Positions 45,401 through 59,244 of a DNA stretch of 64,000 nucleotides are shown piece by piece. The stretch covers positions 13,704,001-13,768,000 of the forward strand of contig OZ076409.1 of NCBI GenBank assembly GCA_964187785.1. Reading direction: 5' to 3'. The notes beneath the pieces are model-generated. The model ran no database searches. It was not told the origin of the DNA and saw nothing but the letters and a program-made list of their open reading frames with translations. The DNA comes from Amphiscolops sp. MND2022. Lineage: Eukaryota. The translations under genes and the position numbers were made by a program. Each line of letters starts with the position of its first letter. The first letter of the stretch is position 1.

Positions 45401-47171
45401 ACGACAGCTGGTGTCCCGTCGTGGTCGACGAGAATCTCTACCTGATGTCAGTGTGGTTCCTCCTATCCAGTGTCGACGACTCGGTCGTCTGGCGGGGACC
45501 TCGCAAAAATGGCCTCATCAAACAGTTTTTCACCAAGGTCAAGTGGGATGACCTGGATTACATGGTAGTCGACACTCCTCCAGGCTAGTGATGTCTGTCA
45601 ATTTGAATAACTTGAAAGCAGTTTTAAACCAAGAGTGATTGTAGAGTTTTAGACCAGAATTAATTGAACCTCATCGGTTCAAACGGCAACTTTAGCATAC
45701 ATGAAAATTGGAACTTTGATTAATTTATGTAATGTTTCAATTCTAGAACTTCAACAATTCAAAGAAATTTGTACTTATGCTGTAAAGACAGCAAATAGAA
45801 TAGAGTTTGGTTTCTCGATTTTTGTTTATGGAACTGATTCCAATTTATCGCTTTCTTCCGACGAAGGGTGTCCGAATGACATGACAAACCGCTTATCTCA
45901 GTTGACGATATCTTCCAAAAAAATTCTTGTGCCCAAAACCAGTTGTCCCGGAAATTGTTTCCTTGGGTGTATGCCAAAGCATTTTGATTCTTGTTCTTAT
46001 CCGTCAAATTTTTCAAAATTCGAAAAAAAATGATTGAATTTTTGTTCAACCTTTTCATTTTCTCGTGATTGTTCTGGAAAACATCCGATATCAAGACGTA
46101 GATCTGTTTCATCACGGTCCTCAAGGTCGGTCAAATCCTGTCTCTAATAAGTAAAGATCCGTCATTCGGCGGTTCGCTCAATGAGTAAGAAATATGTCGA
46201 CATGGTTAGTTTGCTTCTCTTTAAACCTATGACTCAACTGTTGTTGGTTTAACTGAATGTGACTGCTGCAGGCACCTCAGACGAGCACCTCTCCATCACG
46301 CAGTTGCTTCACCAATCAGTGGGTGTGGATGCTGTCATTCTGGTCACCACTCCCCAGGAAGTGAGCTTGTTGGACGTCAGAAAACAGATCAACTTCTGCA
46401 GGAAGATGAAACTTCCCGTCGCCGGAGTTGTGGAGAACATGGCCTACTTCAGGTTATCATCATTCTCCCATCGATCCTCCCTCTCATCCTACAGGTGTAG
46501 TTTCATGAACTGTTTGGTGGGGGATTAATTTGTTGTGTTTTCTTGATACCACATTTAGAGAGCATCTTAGGCCCGCTAGAAACATCGTTGCGAAAACGAA
46601 ATCGCAGATTAAAACGAAAATTACGAATTGAAGGTTTTTCGAAGTTTTTGAGGTTCTTAGGTTTTGCTGCTAAAATGAAATTGATACGCCCATGTGGGAT
46701 TATTTCAGATCATGCAAGCGAGTTTTGATAGTCATTATTAGACTTTCCAAAAGTTTTGTGTGCTATTCTCAGTTCACGGATATCGCTTGCTTCAAGAAAG
46801 AAGCACATTAGTGTTTTATAGTCTTTCTGATTGCAATGCTGATTTTTTGCTTGTATTACAAAATATATTGAAACGAATTGTTTGTATGATCGATTGAAAC
46901 TAATATTGAAAAAAATGTTTTTAGTTGTCCGAATTGCAGTCAGCTGACGCAGGTGTTTCCACTCACGACTGGGGGCACTAAAAAGATGTGCGAAGAAATG
47001 GGGGTGGAGTTCTTGGGCTCAATCCCCCTGGACCCCATAATAGGAAAGGCGTGTGACACTGGAATCCCTATCGACAGTCCTGTTACCAACGACACCATCG
47101 CTTTCATATCAAGTGTTCTGAAGAAAGCTTCCCAGAATTTAAACTCACCTGAAAATGGCAATTCTACGTAA
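42436..47171 (+). CDS. NUBP1: Cytosolic Fe-S cluster assembly factor NUBP1/Nbp35, ~331 aa; exons 42436-42710, 45291-45583, 46272-46452, 46925-47171
   Basis: N-terminal CX13CX2CX5C ([24 protein letters not shown]), Walker [50 protein letters not shown] and CPNC. Exon phases are consistent. Confidence 0.95.
42902..43224. mobile_element. Mutator-like MITE in NUBP1 intron 1
   Basis: GGGT..ACCC imperfect TIRs; flanking direct repeat AGGCCTGATC. Confidence 0.7.
43382..44547. mobile_element. Spacerless palindromic foldback element
   Basis: Centre at 44062/44063 (TGAGTAGT|ACTACTCA); arms end in AAAACTCAACAC tandem arrays; direct repeat CCCTATTTT at 43373-43381 and 44548-44556. Confidence 0.9.
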
Positions 47172-48157
47172 TATTCTTTGTATTCCACATTATTTTTGCT
47201 TACACTAGAGAGTTGATCTTTTATTGTTCCTAAAGTTTTTGATGAAGTTGTGACATGAAAGACATCTGCATCCTTGATTGTATACCATATTCTACTTTTT
47301 CGTTTTCTTTCGAAATAATATATATATTTTAAAAATTACCAATCTAGTATATTGTTAATAATCCAATATTAAACGCAAAATCCAAGTAAACGCAAAGTCG
47401 TATCGCTTGGGTACGAGTGAAACCAATACGATAATAGGAACAAGATTTATGAATTGATAGAATAATACATTTCCTGTGATAGCCTTCCGTACACATAGAC
47501 AAATTAGCTGGCTACAAATTGACCGAATTGTATGTAGTATGAATACTCCAGCCTAAGAACTACCTTTCACAGCTCCCCAGATGCCTTCATTTCAATCCAA
47601 AAAAAATCCACATTGTACACAAGTTTTTTTTCCTACGATTGTCTAGTCTGGACTTGAAAACATTGATGCTATCACTGTTGACAGCATTTTTGGGTAATCG
47701 TTTCAGTTCCTCCAATCGTTGACAGACAAAAAGTTTTTCCTAAGAGCAATTATCGAGTCTTTACCCTTGAGCTTACATGGGTTCCTTATCTTTTATTCAC
47801 GCAGAAAATCTCCAGTAACAGCTGAATCAGAGTCCTTTGACAATTTTAAAGAATTCGACCATTCGTAAGCGTCCTCTCATACTCCAGGGTCAGTAGATTG
47901 AGAATCTTGGGCCAACCAATGTAACTCAGGCTACTCAAATGTGGTATGAGCTTGGTTGCTCGACTGTATATTCTCGACTAGGACTTCGTGCTTCTTCAGG
48001 TAAGGGTTCTCAGTTTGATTAGCATACTCTAGGTGCGGTCTGACTGGCACCTACGAATGGCGAGGGAAAACGACCAATCGACGCATTTTGTTAATGAACA
48101 CTTTTTCGCACCTCGTATTTGTTTGGGTCAGTTTCGCTGCAGTAAGTCCGTTTCTTC

Positions 48158-48762
48158 GGTGTGCGTTCATTTCACCCCAAAATCATTTCACCCCATATCA
48201 CTTCACCCCATATCACTTCACCCCATATCATTTCACCCCACATTCATTTCACCCCACATTCATTTCACCCCACGTTCATTTCACCCCACAATCATTTCAC
48301 CCCACGTTCATTTCACCCCATTTTCATTTCACACCATATTGTAATTATACAAAAGCGTCTCGCCTTAGTTAACCAATTAGCAATTAAACTTTGATGCCTA
48401 CTGTCTTTGAGTCAGCTTTGATTTGGCAGATTTGGCAAATTTTGATTAACAGAAGAAAAATGATTTTTTTCAGCGCTTTGTTCAGAAGTATTACAGCTCC
48501 GATAAATGAAACTATTCGGTTCCGATTTTGTGGTTCACATAGAAAGCATCGTTTGCTTATCTAATCTAAACTAGTTAGATTCAAGACGCTTTTCTATTAC
48601 CGCTGAGATTGAAATTGGGTCGCTTTAGTAATTAATCTGAGACGCATTTGATAATTTAAATGTGGGGTGAAATGAACATGGGGTGAAATGAACCTGGGGT
48701 GAAATGAATGTGGGGTGAAATGACATGGGGTGAAATGATATGGGGTGAAATGATACTAAACC
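48158..48762. mobile_element. Foldback/Mutator-like MITE with 15-bp ATTTCACCCC subrepeats
   Basis: Inverted arrays at both ends; TSD (C)GTTTCTTC. Confidence 0.85.
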
Positions 48763-49510
48763 GTTTCTTCGACATATTGCTTTGTCAAAACTTTTCAAAG
48801 ATGCTAGTGTATTATTCGAAAATTTACATTCGTACTCCGAGAAACTCACTCATGGCGTCGTGGTATTCACTTTAAAATAGAAGTGATGATATTTAAGTTA
48901 TGGCAGAAATCAGCGAAGTCAAGCAAGTGAAAAATTGTCAGGCTTTTCGATTCTTCAGAAAACGAAAGATAAAAAGTGCTCTTGATAAACGCTGTAAGCA
49001 AACTACGAGATTTTCCATTAAACATGTTAGGACTGAAATTGAACGCTAGGACATTGTCAATCAAATTTACTGAAATAAGACGGTAACGTCTCAAAAAGGC
49101 GTCATACCTAAGGCTCAGAAAACAAAAGTTTTTAAAAATGTTCAGGACGTTTTTTCATGAGAAAGTCACAAAGAGGTTTCGAAACAACGTTTCAGAAATT
49201 CGGATATAGCGTGCTGAGACAAATACGAGCGCTTTTTTTTGATCCTACAGCTCCTCTGTAAAAGACTACTTACTTCGGATATAACGTCCAAAGTTCGGAT
49301 ACAGCGTGCTGGGATGAATGGGTTCGATTGTTTTCGAACCTCCTCCTCCTTTTTCTGCGCTTCAGTAAAACGCAATATAATTCGGATATAACGTCAAAAA
49401 ATCGAAAACTGTTGGTTAAAATTATTGGTAGATGTATATTGAGGAAACCTAATATCAGACGAAAAATGACAATTTAGAACAGACTCATAAAGCCAAAAAA
49501 TGTAAAACAA

Positions 49511-49992
49511 GACGAGAACGTCTAAAGTCGGCGCCATATCTAAGGCTCAAAAAGCGTAAAACACTTTTTTTGGAAAAAAATTGAAATTTTTGAAAAAAAT
49601 TTTTCTTTCAAAAGAAGTCGCATAGTGCCGAAAAATGTAAAAGGGGGGGCCCTTCTGGATTTATTAACAAACATTCCGTTGCAAAATATCAAAAAACTCA
49701 AAGGGGGGACCCTTTGGGGACATAAAAAAATTTTCGAAAAAAAGTCGCACAGTTCCGAAAAAAATCCAAAGGGGGGACCCTTTGGGCACGTCCGGTTTTG
49801 TATTTTCCTTGAAAAAGTAAAAAATGATAGGGGGGACCCTTTGGAGTACGTTTGCGTTGGGCGGACTTGGCCTCAGGTGCTCTGCGCAGAATTGTAAAAA
49901 GTGGACCGATCAGTGTGAGGATTGTAGTCTGAAGAAAAAAAAAGTCACTGCTATAGTCGGGCATTTTTCCTTAAAAGGAAAACGCGCCGACT
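49511..49992 (-). mobile_element. HINE family A copy
   Basis: Same termini; further fragments at ~4563, ~33796 and ~51255. Confidence 0.6.
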
Positions 49993-52133
49993 AAAAGCGA
50001 CCCTTTGAGAAGTTTTAACATCCATTCTGTTGCAAAATATCAAAAAAATGTTGGAACTTTTGGAAACTTGAAAAATTATCACTTTCTCAGTGCGGAGAAA
50101 AACCCCAAAAGATTCGCATAAGACTAGGAAACCCATTTTCGCCAACTGGAAACAAAAAATCCGTTTTTCCATTTTCTTCGGAAAAATCTTATAGTGCCGA
50201 AAAGGAACTTTCAGCTCCAAAAACTGTTCTGCTCGAACAATTTCATCAGCTTCGCATTGGGGAAAAGACTGTAGTTATCATCTCAACAAGCTTGTACTCT
50301 GTCAAGCGTTCAGGAGCAAGTACCAAAGCAGTTTGTCGGTAGTAAACACTCCGGGGTTTCTTCCATGTCTGTTTTGCAACTGTGTGATCCCCATCTCAGG
50401 CGTCACCGTCAAGAGATGTAGCGAGACATTTTTCTGCTTCTAACGTTGGTTGCCTTGTTTTCTCAGATCCTCCGTCACGAAAAACGGTCATATGTTAAGA
50501 ATAGTTCCATGATAAAAATGTTCTTGCCATTCATAGACGAGCGCTAAAACTCTTTTCACGAAGCTTGGGCTCCGACTACAAAGACGTGAATCTTTTTCTC
50601 TACGACAAAACCTGTTTCAACAAAATACTTAGTAATTTTAGTTTTTTTTTCAGTTTTTCAATTTTAGCATTAAAAGAATGGCTATCTTTTTTGCTAACAT
50701 ACAGCTTTGAAACAGGTTTGCTTTTTTACTTGAGTTTCATGCAGTCTTTCTCAATTCCTTGACGCAGCTCGTTTTTCCTCTTGTTAACTAATTGAAGTCA
50801 TGCTCTGCCTGAGGGCTATCGCCTAATTAAATAACTCCACTAACTGAAGATTCTCCTTTTCTTTCAGCGTGTCACTGCTTTAGTAACAACACCTCTAGTC
50901 CAATATCAGTTACATGCAAGAAGAACAACGCAATAAATCTGCATATTTCAAATCAGCGAAACTGTGGGCATCCTTGGAAAGGATCAAGTTCATAATTTTT
51001 CCTTCGAGGAACCAAAATCCTGCGTCAGTCGGAGTTACTGACGAGAATTGTTCGCAGAATTTTCGCACGGTTGAGAGAAACAGAATGGTACATTGTCCAC
51101 CAAAACTAAATTATCGGCGAGATCAACTATTACCATTCGTCAGACAATTACTTCCCACGCAATATCATGGAGCCCCAGTTATGATGACGTTCATTAGTTT
51201 GGTGGAACCTGTTAGAAATTTTTCAAAAATTCTAACCAGCAGACAAAATAAAAAACCGGGACCGGTCCAAAGCGGCGCCTCTCAAATTTCTTGAATTTAC
51301 AAAGAACATTGTTTTTGAACTTTTATCACTTTCTCAGTGCCGAAAAGAACCCCAGAAGATACGCATAAGACTAGGAAGCTACATTTTCTTCAACTGGAAA
51401 CAAAACAATCCGTTTTCCGAAGTGCCGAAAAAGGTACTCTTTGCTCAGAAAACTACCTTTTCTGAAACCGAAGTCCGCTATGCAAGTGGGAGGGTACCCT
51501 TTGACCAAATGAAAGTTTCGAAGGGAGAAAACGCACAGAGCCAAAAAAGTTTCAAAAAAATATGAAAATGTTTTGAGAGAAGAACAGCTGTTCTATTCAA
51601 AGAATAATGTCTCACAAAATTTTAAGAAATCCAAAGGGGGACACTTTAGGTTGAAGTATATATTTTCCAACTTTAAATATGCTAAAATTCGAAAGGGGGC
51701 CCTTTTGTAACATTGAAAAATTCTCCAAGAAACTTTGTATCCGGTATACGTTATATCCGGAATTCGTAATTTCCGGTGTGCGTTAAATCCGGTATGAGTT
51801 GTGTTATTGTCGAAGTGGACTCCTTTTTCGATCAATCGTAGTATGTAGATTCCCAAAAAGGACATTGCCAAAATTGTAGGGTATATCTTTTGGTAGAACT
51901 ATTTTGGACAATTCAGGTGTACTGAAAAAATGACGAAAAGCTACGATTAAAGTCGACTATTCGGTTAAGTAAAGCGCTGACTAGAAAAGGGGAAGTCTCA
52001 TAGTTCGGAAAAAAAGAAAGGGGACCTTTTTGCTGTAGAATGGTCTTGTAATTCATGTTAGAGGCTCTGGATGCTTTCAAAATCAAAAACTAAGTACTTA
52101 TGGTAAGAGTGCACAGTGCACCAAAAGTGGACC

Positions 52134-55100
52134 TGTTACTGACCTCGCATAATAGATGAATTCGTCGTATCAGTCGTGGGGACAGTGGCCAAAAAATGAT
52201 TGGTCAGGAAATGCCCGGAAACACTGACTAAGATTAGCAAAAGGTTGAGACCAGTAAAATAACTGATATTATAAAAAGTATATTTCTGATATAAGAGTAT
52301 ATAGAAAAGAGGAGGGGTAACACAGAGGGGACAGTTTCGAAATATATTTACCTGAGGAATTGGTTTCCTCTTTCGCTTTTGTTTTGGCTATTGCCAATAC
52401 AACATTGGCTATTGTTCTTTCAGAAGCATCGTTGAAAACGTGTAATTCTTTATGAACTGGTTGTTTGGAAGCTTTTAAATATTGTCGCTTGATGTGAACT
52501 GTCGAAAGGTTGGCTACATCTTCGAAAAAAAAATTTTAGCTCAGGATAATTTTCAAGCGCGATTGGACGATCCCAATGTAGGTTTCCCTTCTAAATTTGC
52601 TGAAGAGAGGTGCGAACGCGAAATTGAATAGGTCACGACATACCAAGAGAGTCGAAAATTGAAGAAACGTACTTCAGTAGAGTTCTTTGTGTTACCTTTT
52701 TTGGAGTGTCTTGAAAATTGTTAGGTTGCAAAAGATAGCAATCGTCAATCGGATTCCATTTCACACCTAATACTCTGTCGATACTTTTCTTGTTTGTATT
52801 GATTGGTGCTGAATTCGACCTGTCGGACTCCGGAATGGTTTGATTGACTTTAGGAAATTATCGAGACAGCTGGCTCCGATGATGAACATAATGAAAGACG
52901 TAAAAGATGATAATAATGTAACAAATGCGAAACATAACGAAACGAATGAAAAAGTAGGTGAAACAAAAGTTTATTCTCCTCAAAGTTGTTTGAATTGATC
53001 AAATAAAACAAAAGCGACGGATGAACAAGAGACGTAACGAAGATTGGAACAAGTAGAAAGAAGAATCCCAGAGACGAAACGAATTGGAACCAACGTGATA
53101 ACAGACACGAAGAATGGGATCGACTTTTCACGTTGGGCGCCAAAAGCATGTTACTGACCTCGCATAATGGATGAATTCGTCGTAGCGGTCGTGGGGACAG
53201 TGGCCATAAAATGATTGGTCAGGAAATGCCCGGAAACACCGACTAAGGTTAGCAAAAGGTTGAGACCAGTAAAATAACTGATCTTATATAAAGTATTTTT
53301 CTTATACAAGAGTATATAGAAAAGAGTAGGGATAACACAGAGGGGACAGTTTCGAATTATATTTACCTGAGGAATTGGTTTCCTCTATCTTTTCTTTTCT
53401 TTTCTTGAACTTCGTTTATATATCTTGCAAAGGCCCAAAGTTTAATTTTCGAATAATTTCATTCAGGAGAACTTGCAATGAGCAATACGAAGTAACAACA
53501 TTCAAAACTATTCAAAAGATTTCACGTATGAATCACAATCAAAGAAAATCATCAATCGAAAATGTTCAGTCACAACATATTCCGACCCCGAGAAAAGGTT
53601 TGGATGAAAGTTGATATCACTATTCAGGTAAAATTATGGTGAAATTTCATGTTTTGTTTACGATTTCGACAGGAATTTTTGACAACTTTACGACTGTGAA
53701 TGTAGCCATGGGTCGTTTTGAGTCTGCAAGATCGCACGACTCCATCCGCCCCCAGAAACACTTTGTCAACCCTTGCCGTTGGCCATATCCCACGTGGCGT
53801 AAAATCTTCTAGTACCCAAACCAAGTCGCCAGACTGCAAATTTTGGGTTGGAGTGGACCATTTACCACGGTTGAGGAGAATAGGCTTGTTATCTTTCAGA
53901 AAACGATTCTAAAACTGATCAGAGATCTGATGTGCTTGCTTCCAACTGCTGGAGATAGTAACTGACTTATCCAAGAAAATGTCGGGTGGAAAGTTTGGCT
54001 ATGGACGGCCCAGTAGGAAAAGGTTTGGTGTGATTGGTTCCACATCTCAGAAATCGCTGGAAACTTGAGTTAGAGTCGACCATTCATCATACCAGCAACT
54101 TCGCACACAAATGTCGAGAGGGTGTCATAAGTCAAAGTTCGAGAACCAATTAAACGGTAAAAGGCTTTCTTGAACACATTTACCAAACCCTCCCAAGAGC
54201 CACCAAAATGAGGCGATGATGGGGGGATAAAGCGCCAATCCAAATGGAGTAGTAACAAGGCGTCGCGAAAGGAATTGTCCGTTCGAAGTTTCTCATTGCC
54301 ATTTTTCAGTTCTTTACTAGCTTTGATGAAAATTGTTGCATTGTCAGAGTAACTTTGGTTTGGATTTCCACGCAAAGAAACGAAACGACGTAATGCCATG
54401 AGGGTTGTCTCTGTCTTAAGATCAACACAAGTATCGATATGAACAGCCCTTGTGACAAGGCAAGTAAATAGCAAGCAATATCGTCTCTCGAATTGGCTAT
54501 TGTCTTTGATGGGAAACGGACGAACGAAATCGAGTCCTGTTGTAAGAAATGGAAAGTGGTTCGCAGAAGGTAAGCGACAATCAAGTAGATCAGCCATGAT
54601 CGGATAGTCAACGTGCTGGGTTATTCTTCTGCAAGGAATACATCGATGGATGATGGTCATGAGTGCAGACCGACAACGCAGAACCCAAAACTGCTCTTGA
54701 ACAATGCTACGAGATTGTTCGAGACTAGCGTGGGAATTGTTTTTGTGGATATGGAGGAAAAACAGTTTTACTGCCGGATTTTTCGAATCAAGAATGATTG
54801 GGTAACGAGCCACAAGCAGATATTTAGCTTTGGAAAGCCTGCCACGAGAGCGAAAAAGACCTTGACGATCAAGAAATGGAGAGAGTGATGACATTCGTGA
54901 GTTAGATGCAGGAGGTGTTTGATTCCTTAGAGCGTTGATTTCTTCCGGAAACGAAGTTCGTTGAGTCTCCGATAAGATCCATCTGAACGCTTTCATAAGG
55001 TGAGCAACACCCAGTCTATCGTTGATGCGACGGTGTTTGTCCAACAATAAATAACAGAATGCAACTGTTTTGAGGAGACGAATCCATTGACTAAAATTTT

Positions 55101-56785
55101 GAAATGATACGATTGCGTCAATCGGGTGCAGAGGGAAACAAGAATTTGACAATCCGGTGCGATGTTTGGTCTTTTTGGCCGAGCTTCTGGATTTTTCAGA
55201 AGAAAATTGGGTCCTTTGAGCCATCGTGACTCGGATGTAAAATTTAAAACCGGTTTTCTTCTAGTACCATCGTCCGCCGGATTCAAGTCTGTGGGAACGT
55301 AACGCCACTGCAACACAGTCGAAGTTGAGAGAATGACGGATATACGGTAGGCTATGAAAATTTTGTGTCCGCTTTCGGATGAGTTGATCCAAGATAGAAC
55401 TGTAGTGCTGTCTGTCCTATATACAATTGCGTCAAAAGAAAAGTTTTGCTCTTCTTTGATGAATTGAGCCAGTTTGGCCCCGTTCGTTGGTTCGTTGCTG
55501 CCAATAGTTCGAGATTGGGGGTCGTCATTCTTTTGATTGGTGCCACTCGAGCTTTTCTTAGAATGAAACTGAGACTCATGGATTTGTCGGAGAAAACTGT
55601 ACGCAGAAATACAACATTGGCTATTGCTCTTTCAGAAGCATCGTTGAAAACGTGTAATTCTTTATGAACTGGTTGTTTGAAAGCTTTTAAATATTGTCGC
55701 TTGATGTGAACTGTCGAAAGGTTGGCTACATCTTCGAAAAAAATTTTAGCTCAGGATAATCTTCAAGCGCGATTGGACGATCCCAATGTAGGTTTCCCTT
55801 CTAAATTTGCTGAAGAGAGGTGCGAACGCGAAATTGAATAGGTCACGACATACCAAGAGAGTCGAAAATTGAAGAAACGTACTTCAGTAGAGTTCTTTGT
55901 GTTACTTTTTTTGGAGTGTCTTGAAAATTGTTAGGTTGCAAAAGATAGCAATCGTCAATCGGATTCCATTTCACACCTAATACTATGTCGATACTTTTCT
56001 TGTTTGTATTGATTGGTGCTGAATTCGACCTGTCGGACTCCGGAATGGTTTGATTGACTTTAGGAAATTATCGAGACAGCTGACTCCGATGATGAACATA
56101 ATGAAAGACGTAAAAGATGATAATAATGTAACAAATGCGAAACATGACGGAACGAATGAAAAAGTGAAACAGAAGTTTATTCTCCTTAAAGTTGTTCGAA
56201 TTGATCAAATAAAACAAAAGCGACGGATGAACAAGAGACGTAACGAAGATTGGAACAAGTAGAAAGAAGAATCCCAGAGACGAAACGAATTGGAACCAAC
56301 GTGATAACAGACACGAAGAATGGGATCGACTTTTCACGTTGGGCGCTAAAATTATGTTACTGACCTCGCATAATGGATGAATTCGTCGTAGCGTTCGTGG
56401 GGACAGTGGCCATAAAATGATTGGTCAGGAAATGCCCGGAAACACCGACTAAGGTTAGCAAAAGGTTGAGACCAGTAAAATAACTGATATTATATTAAGC
56501 ATATTTCTGATATAAGAAAATATAGAAAAGAGGAGGGGTAACACAGAGGGGACAGTTTCGAAATATATTTACCTGAGGAATTGGTTTCCTCTTTCTCTTT
56601 TGTTTTCATTTCTTGAATTTCGTTTCTATATCTTGCAAAGGCGCAATGAATAACTTTCGTAAAATTTCAATCAGGAGAACTTGCAATGAGCAAAACGAAG
56701 TAACAACATTCAAAACTATTCAAAAGATTTCACGTATGAATCACAATCAAAGAAATTCATCAATCAAAAATGTTGAGTCACAACA
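52134..56785 (-). mobile_element. Internally deleted BEL/Pao LTR retrotransposon with three LTRs (56355-56785, 53149-53577, partial 52134-~52385)
   Basis: TGTT..AACA LTRs; 5-bp TSD GGACC at 52129-52133 and 56786-56790; minus-strand PBS TGGCGCCCAACGTG (tRNA-Lys type). Pao motifs KARVAP, WRYVPTDLNPADDGTR, FTCLVTRAVH, PHFGGSWE and PRGIWPTARV are broken by frameshifts. Confidence 0.9.
53640..55700 (-). pseudogene. BEL/Pao RNase H-integrase remnant
   Basis: ORF fragments 55352-55579, 54993-55316, 54070-55224 and 53624-53839. Confidence 0.9.
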
Positions 56786-59244
56786 GGACCGATCGCGTTG
56801 AACTGACAAAAAAACTAGCCACTGTAAGGGTCGAGTCTTTTCTCTTAAACTGCCGGCTAAAAATTCTAGTTCCCGGCTCCAATCTAAAGATCGTTTCGTA
56901 AGAGGAAAAACAATCGAAGACTTTATTATCTTCCTTCGAAAATCAAAGGGTTTTACCGTCACTGCCTTCGATTGTTTCAGCAATAACTAACAATAAAATT
57001 ACAAGTACAAAGTTTTCAAATTAGCTTTCACTTAAGACAAAAAAACATGTCACATTTTTGAGATACTAAATCTTATTTTCCACTTCTCCAAAAAAGGATA
57101 TGTTTTTAGTTGGTGCTTTTGAATAAAATGTGCAAGATTCTTCTTACAGTTGCAGTTTTCTTCAATTCACTCATTTTATATTGAATTTTGAATGGAACTT
57201 TGAAGGAAGGGGTCCCGTTTTTTGTCGCGGTGGTTAACGACAATTTCCAGGCCTAGTGATGGGGACTGAGAAGTAGAATAAACATGGGCTAGAGTTTCGC
57301 ACTAAACTATATTTTTTCATGTTTGTAAAGGTAGACTGGAGATCCAAATGTCCCGTTTTGGGATTTTTTCGACATTATGCGGTATTGTTCTCAAGTTTTT
57401 TCAACCGAAGTGCCTTTTTGATTTTTAGAAGGAACAAAGCCTTTTTTAGAAGGAACATAGCATAGAGTAGGCTTCCTCTGCGCAATGCGACATCAGCAAA
57501 TGTCTAAGCAACAATTTCAACACATTTAAACCATTTCGAAACAATTCTTCAAAACTTGAGAACTCGAATTGCAATATTTAAAAAAAATTAATTTTAAAAA
57601 AGTTTCCAGTTGTGAAAAAGTTTTTTTGCGCGGTAAAAATGAAAAAAATCAACAAAAGTATCCTTTGCATATGTCACAGTCCGCTCCCGGACTGGAATGC
57701 GGATGCGGACGAATTGGTTACGGCAGAGGTCATGGCTGTACAGCAAAATTTTCAAAAAGGTACTTTGGATGTTAAACTCTTGCGAAAATAAATAAACTGT
57801 CACCAAAATATAGGATGTACGAATATATTACGCAAATCACAGCTGAAAAAGAGAATAGGAAACTAATTAAGCCAAAAATGATTTCATGCATTTCCGGCAA
57901 GACGCGTTTGCCACGTCAAAATAAAAATATTTGTCACCTGGAAACTAGGATAAAACCTGCTTTAAAATTGAAGATCATAAACTAATCTAAACAAAAACAT
58001 ATCCAAAATCATATCCAAGAAAGAACATCAATCAGATCTAAAACAAAATACATCGAGATGGCACGCCGGGGAAATTAACTTTTTTCTAAGAAAGGCAGCT
58101 TAACAGCACTTTGAACAGCAATTAATGTGATTTAGGACGGCAATACTGCGGTAAGTAAACATGGTGGCGGTAGAAATAAGAATACATGTATATTTGTCGT
58201 TAGTAAGACGCAGACAAGTTTTGAAGGTATACCAATTGACGTCACTGCCTCGTCCTTGCATACCAGAAAATCATCCCGATTAACCGCCTATATTAATAGC
58301 CTTATTAGAAGTCATTCCAATTTACCGCCAGTGTGACGTCACGATTCCGGCCGCTAGTTAGAAACTCATTTCTAAAATGCTCGTCAGGGTTGCGTCAAAC
58401 TAGTCAAAATCTCAGTTCTGCCAAGAAAACTCGTCAACATGACGTTGACAAGTTTATGAAATTAGATGATTTAGATAAATCCGCTCAGTTAAGTTAAGGA
58501 AAATACGCTAATATTACGTCAAAAATCTACCGAAATAGGCTGTTTTAACCTTTCCAGGGTAGTAAAATGAACGCCCAACTTAACGAGATTAGTATGAGGG
58601 AAACGATTGTTCTAATTCAGCCTCAATTAAAAGGGTAAGGTTCAGCGAATTGCGTCCATTTTTCGTCAACTAAAATATTTTTTTCACCTAAAATTACACT
58701 AGGAAGCAATTTTAAATGAGACTTTTCGGTATTTTCTGGAAATGAGAGTCACAGTTTATATTCTTGTTGTTAAATAAGCAGCAATGTTTTATTACATGAA
58801 TTTTTTTCCACATTAACGGCGTTGTGAATTTTAGATTTGCTATTCGGTAATTTGTACCAGCTCATTTTTGTATGACCTTGTGACCATGTTGTCTCCGTCT
58901 GAAGAATTCATGAACCCGCTAATTTTGTCGAGAGCCATTTTCAATTGAGTGGTATTTCATGAAAATGATTATTAACACCGAAGTGCATTCATATCATAAC
59001 GCTACTTTTGAAGTTTCTTGTTACTGTTGAAGGTAATCTAAAACTTGTCGCACTTGTCGCGTCAAGCTGAAATTGTTGATATTGTATGTTTTCAAACATT
59101 AAAGATCACGAACTAAATTTCATTCTAACACAAGGATTGAGTCCGAATCCATCCAAAACATTTTCCTAGCATCATTCAGATAATCGTAATTTGGAAGTTA
59201 GTCATCACTTTTGATCAAGCTGAATTTCAAAATCAAGAATTAGT

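Noticed and set aside
48033..48394. His/Phe/Pro-repeat ORFs
   Set aside because: They are translations of MITE subterminal repeats; the same applies to 44356-44559.
58190..58670. TGACGTCA-rich segment that may be a solo LTR or promoter
   Set aside because: No boundaries, TSD or linked gene could be established.
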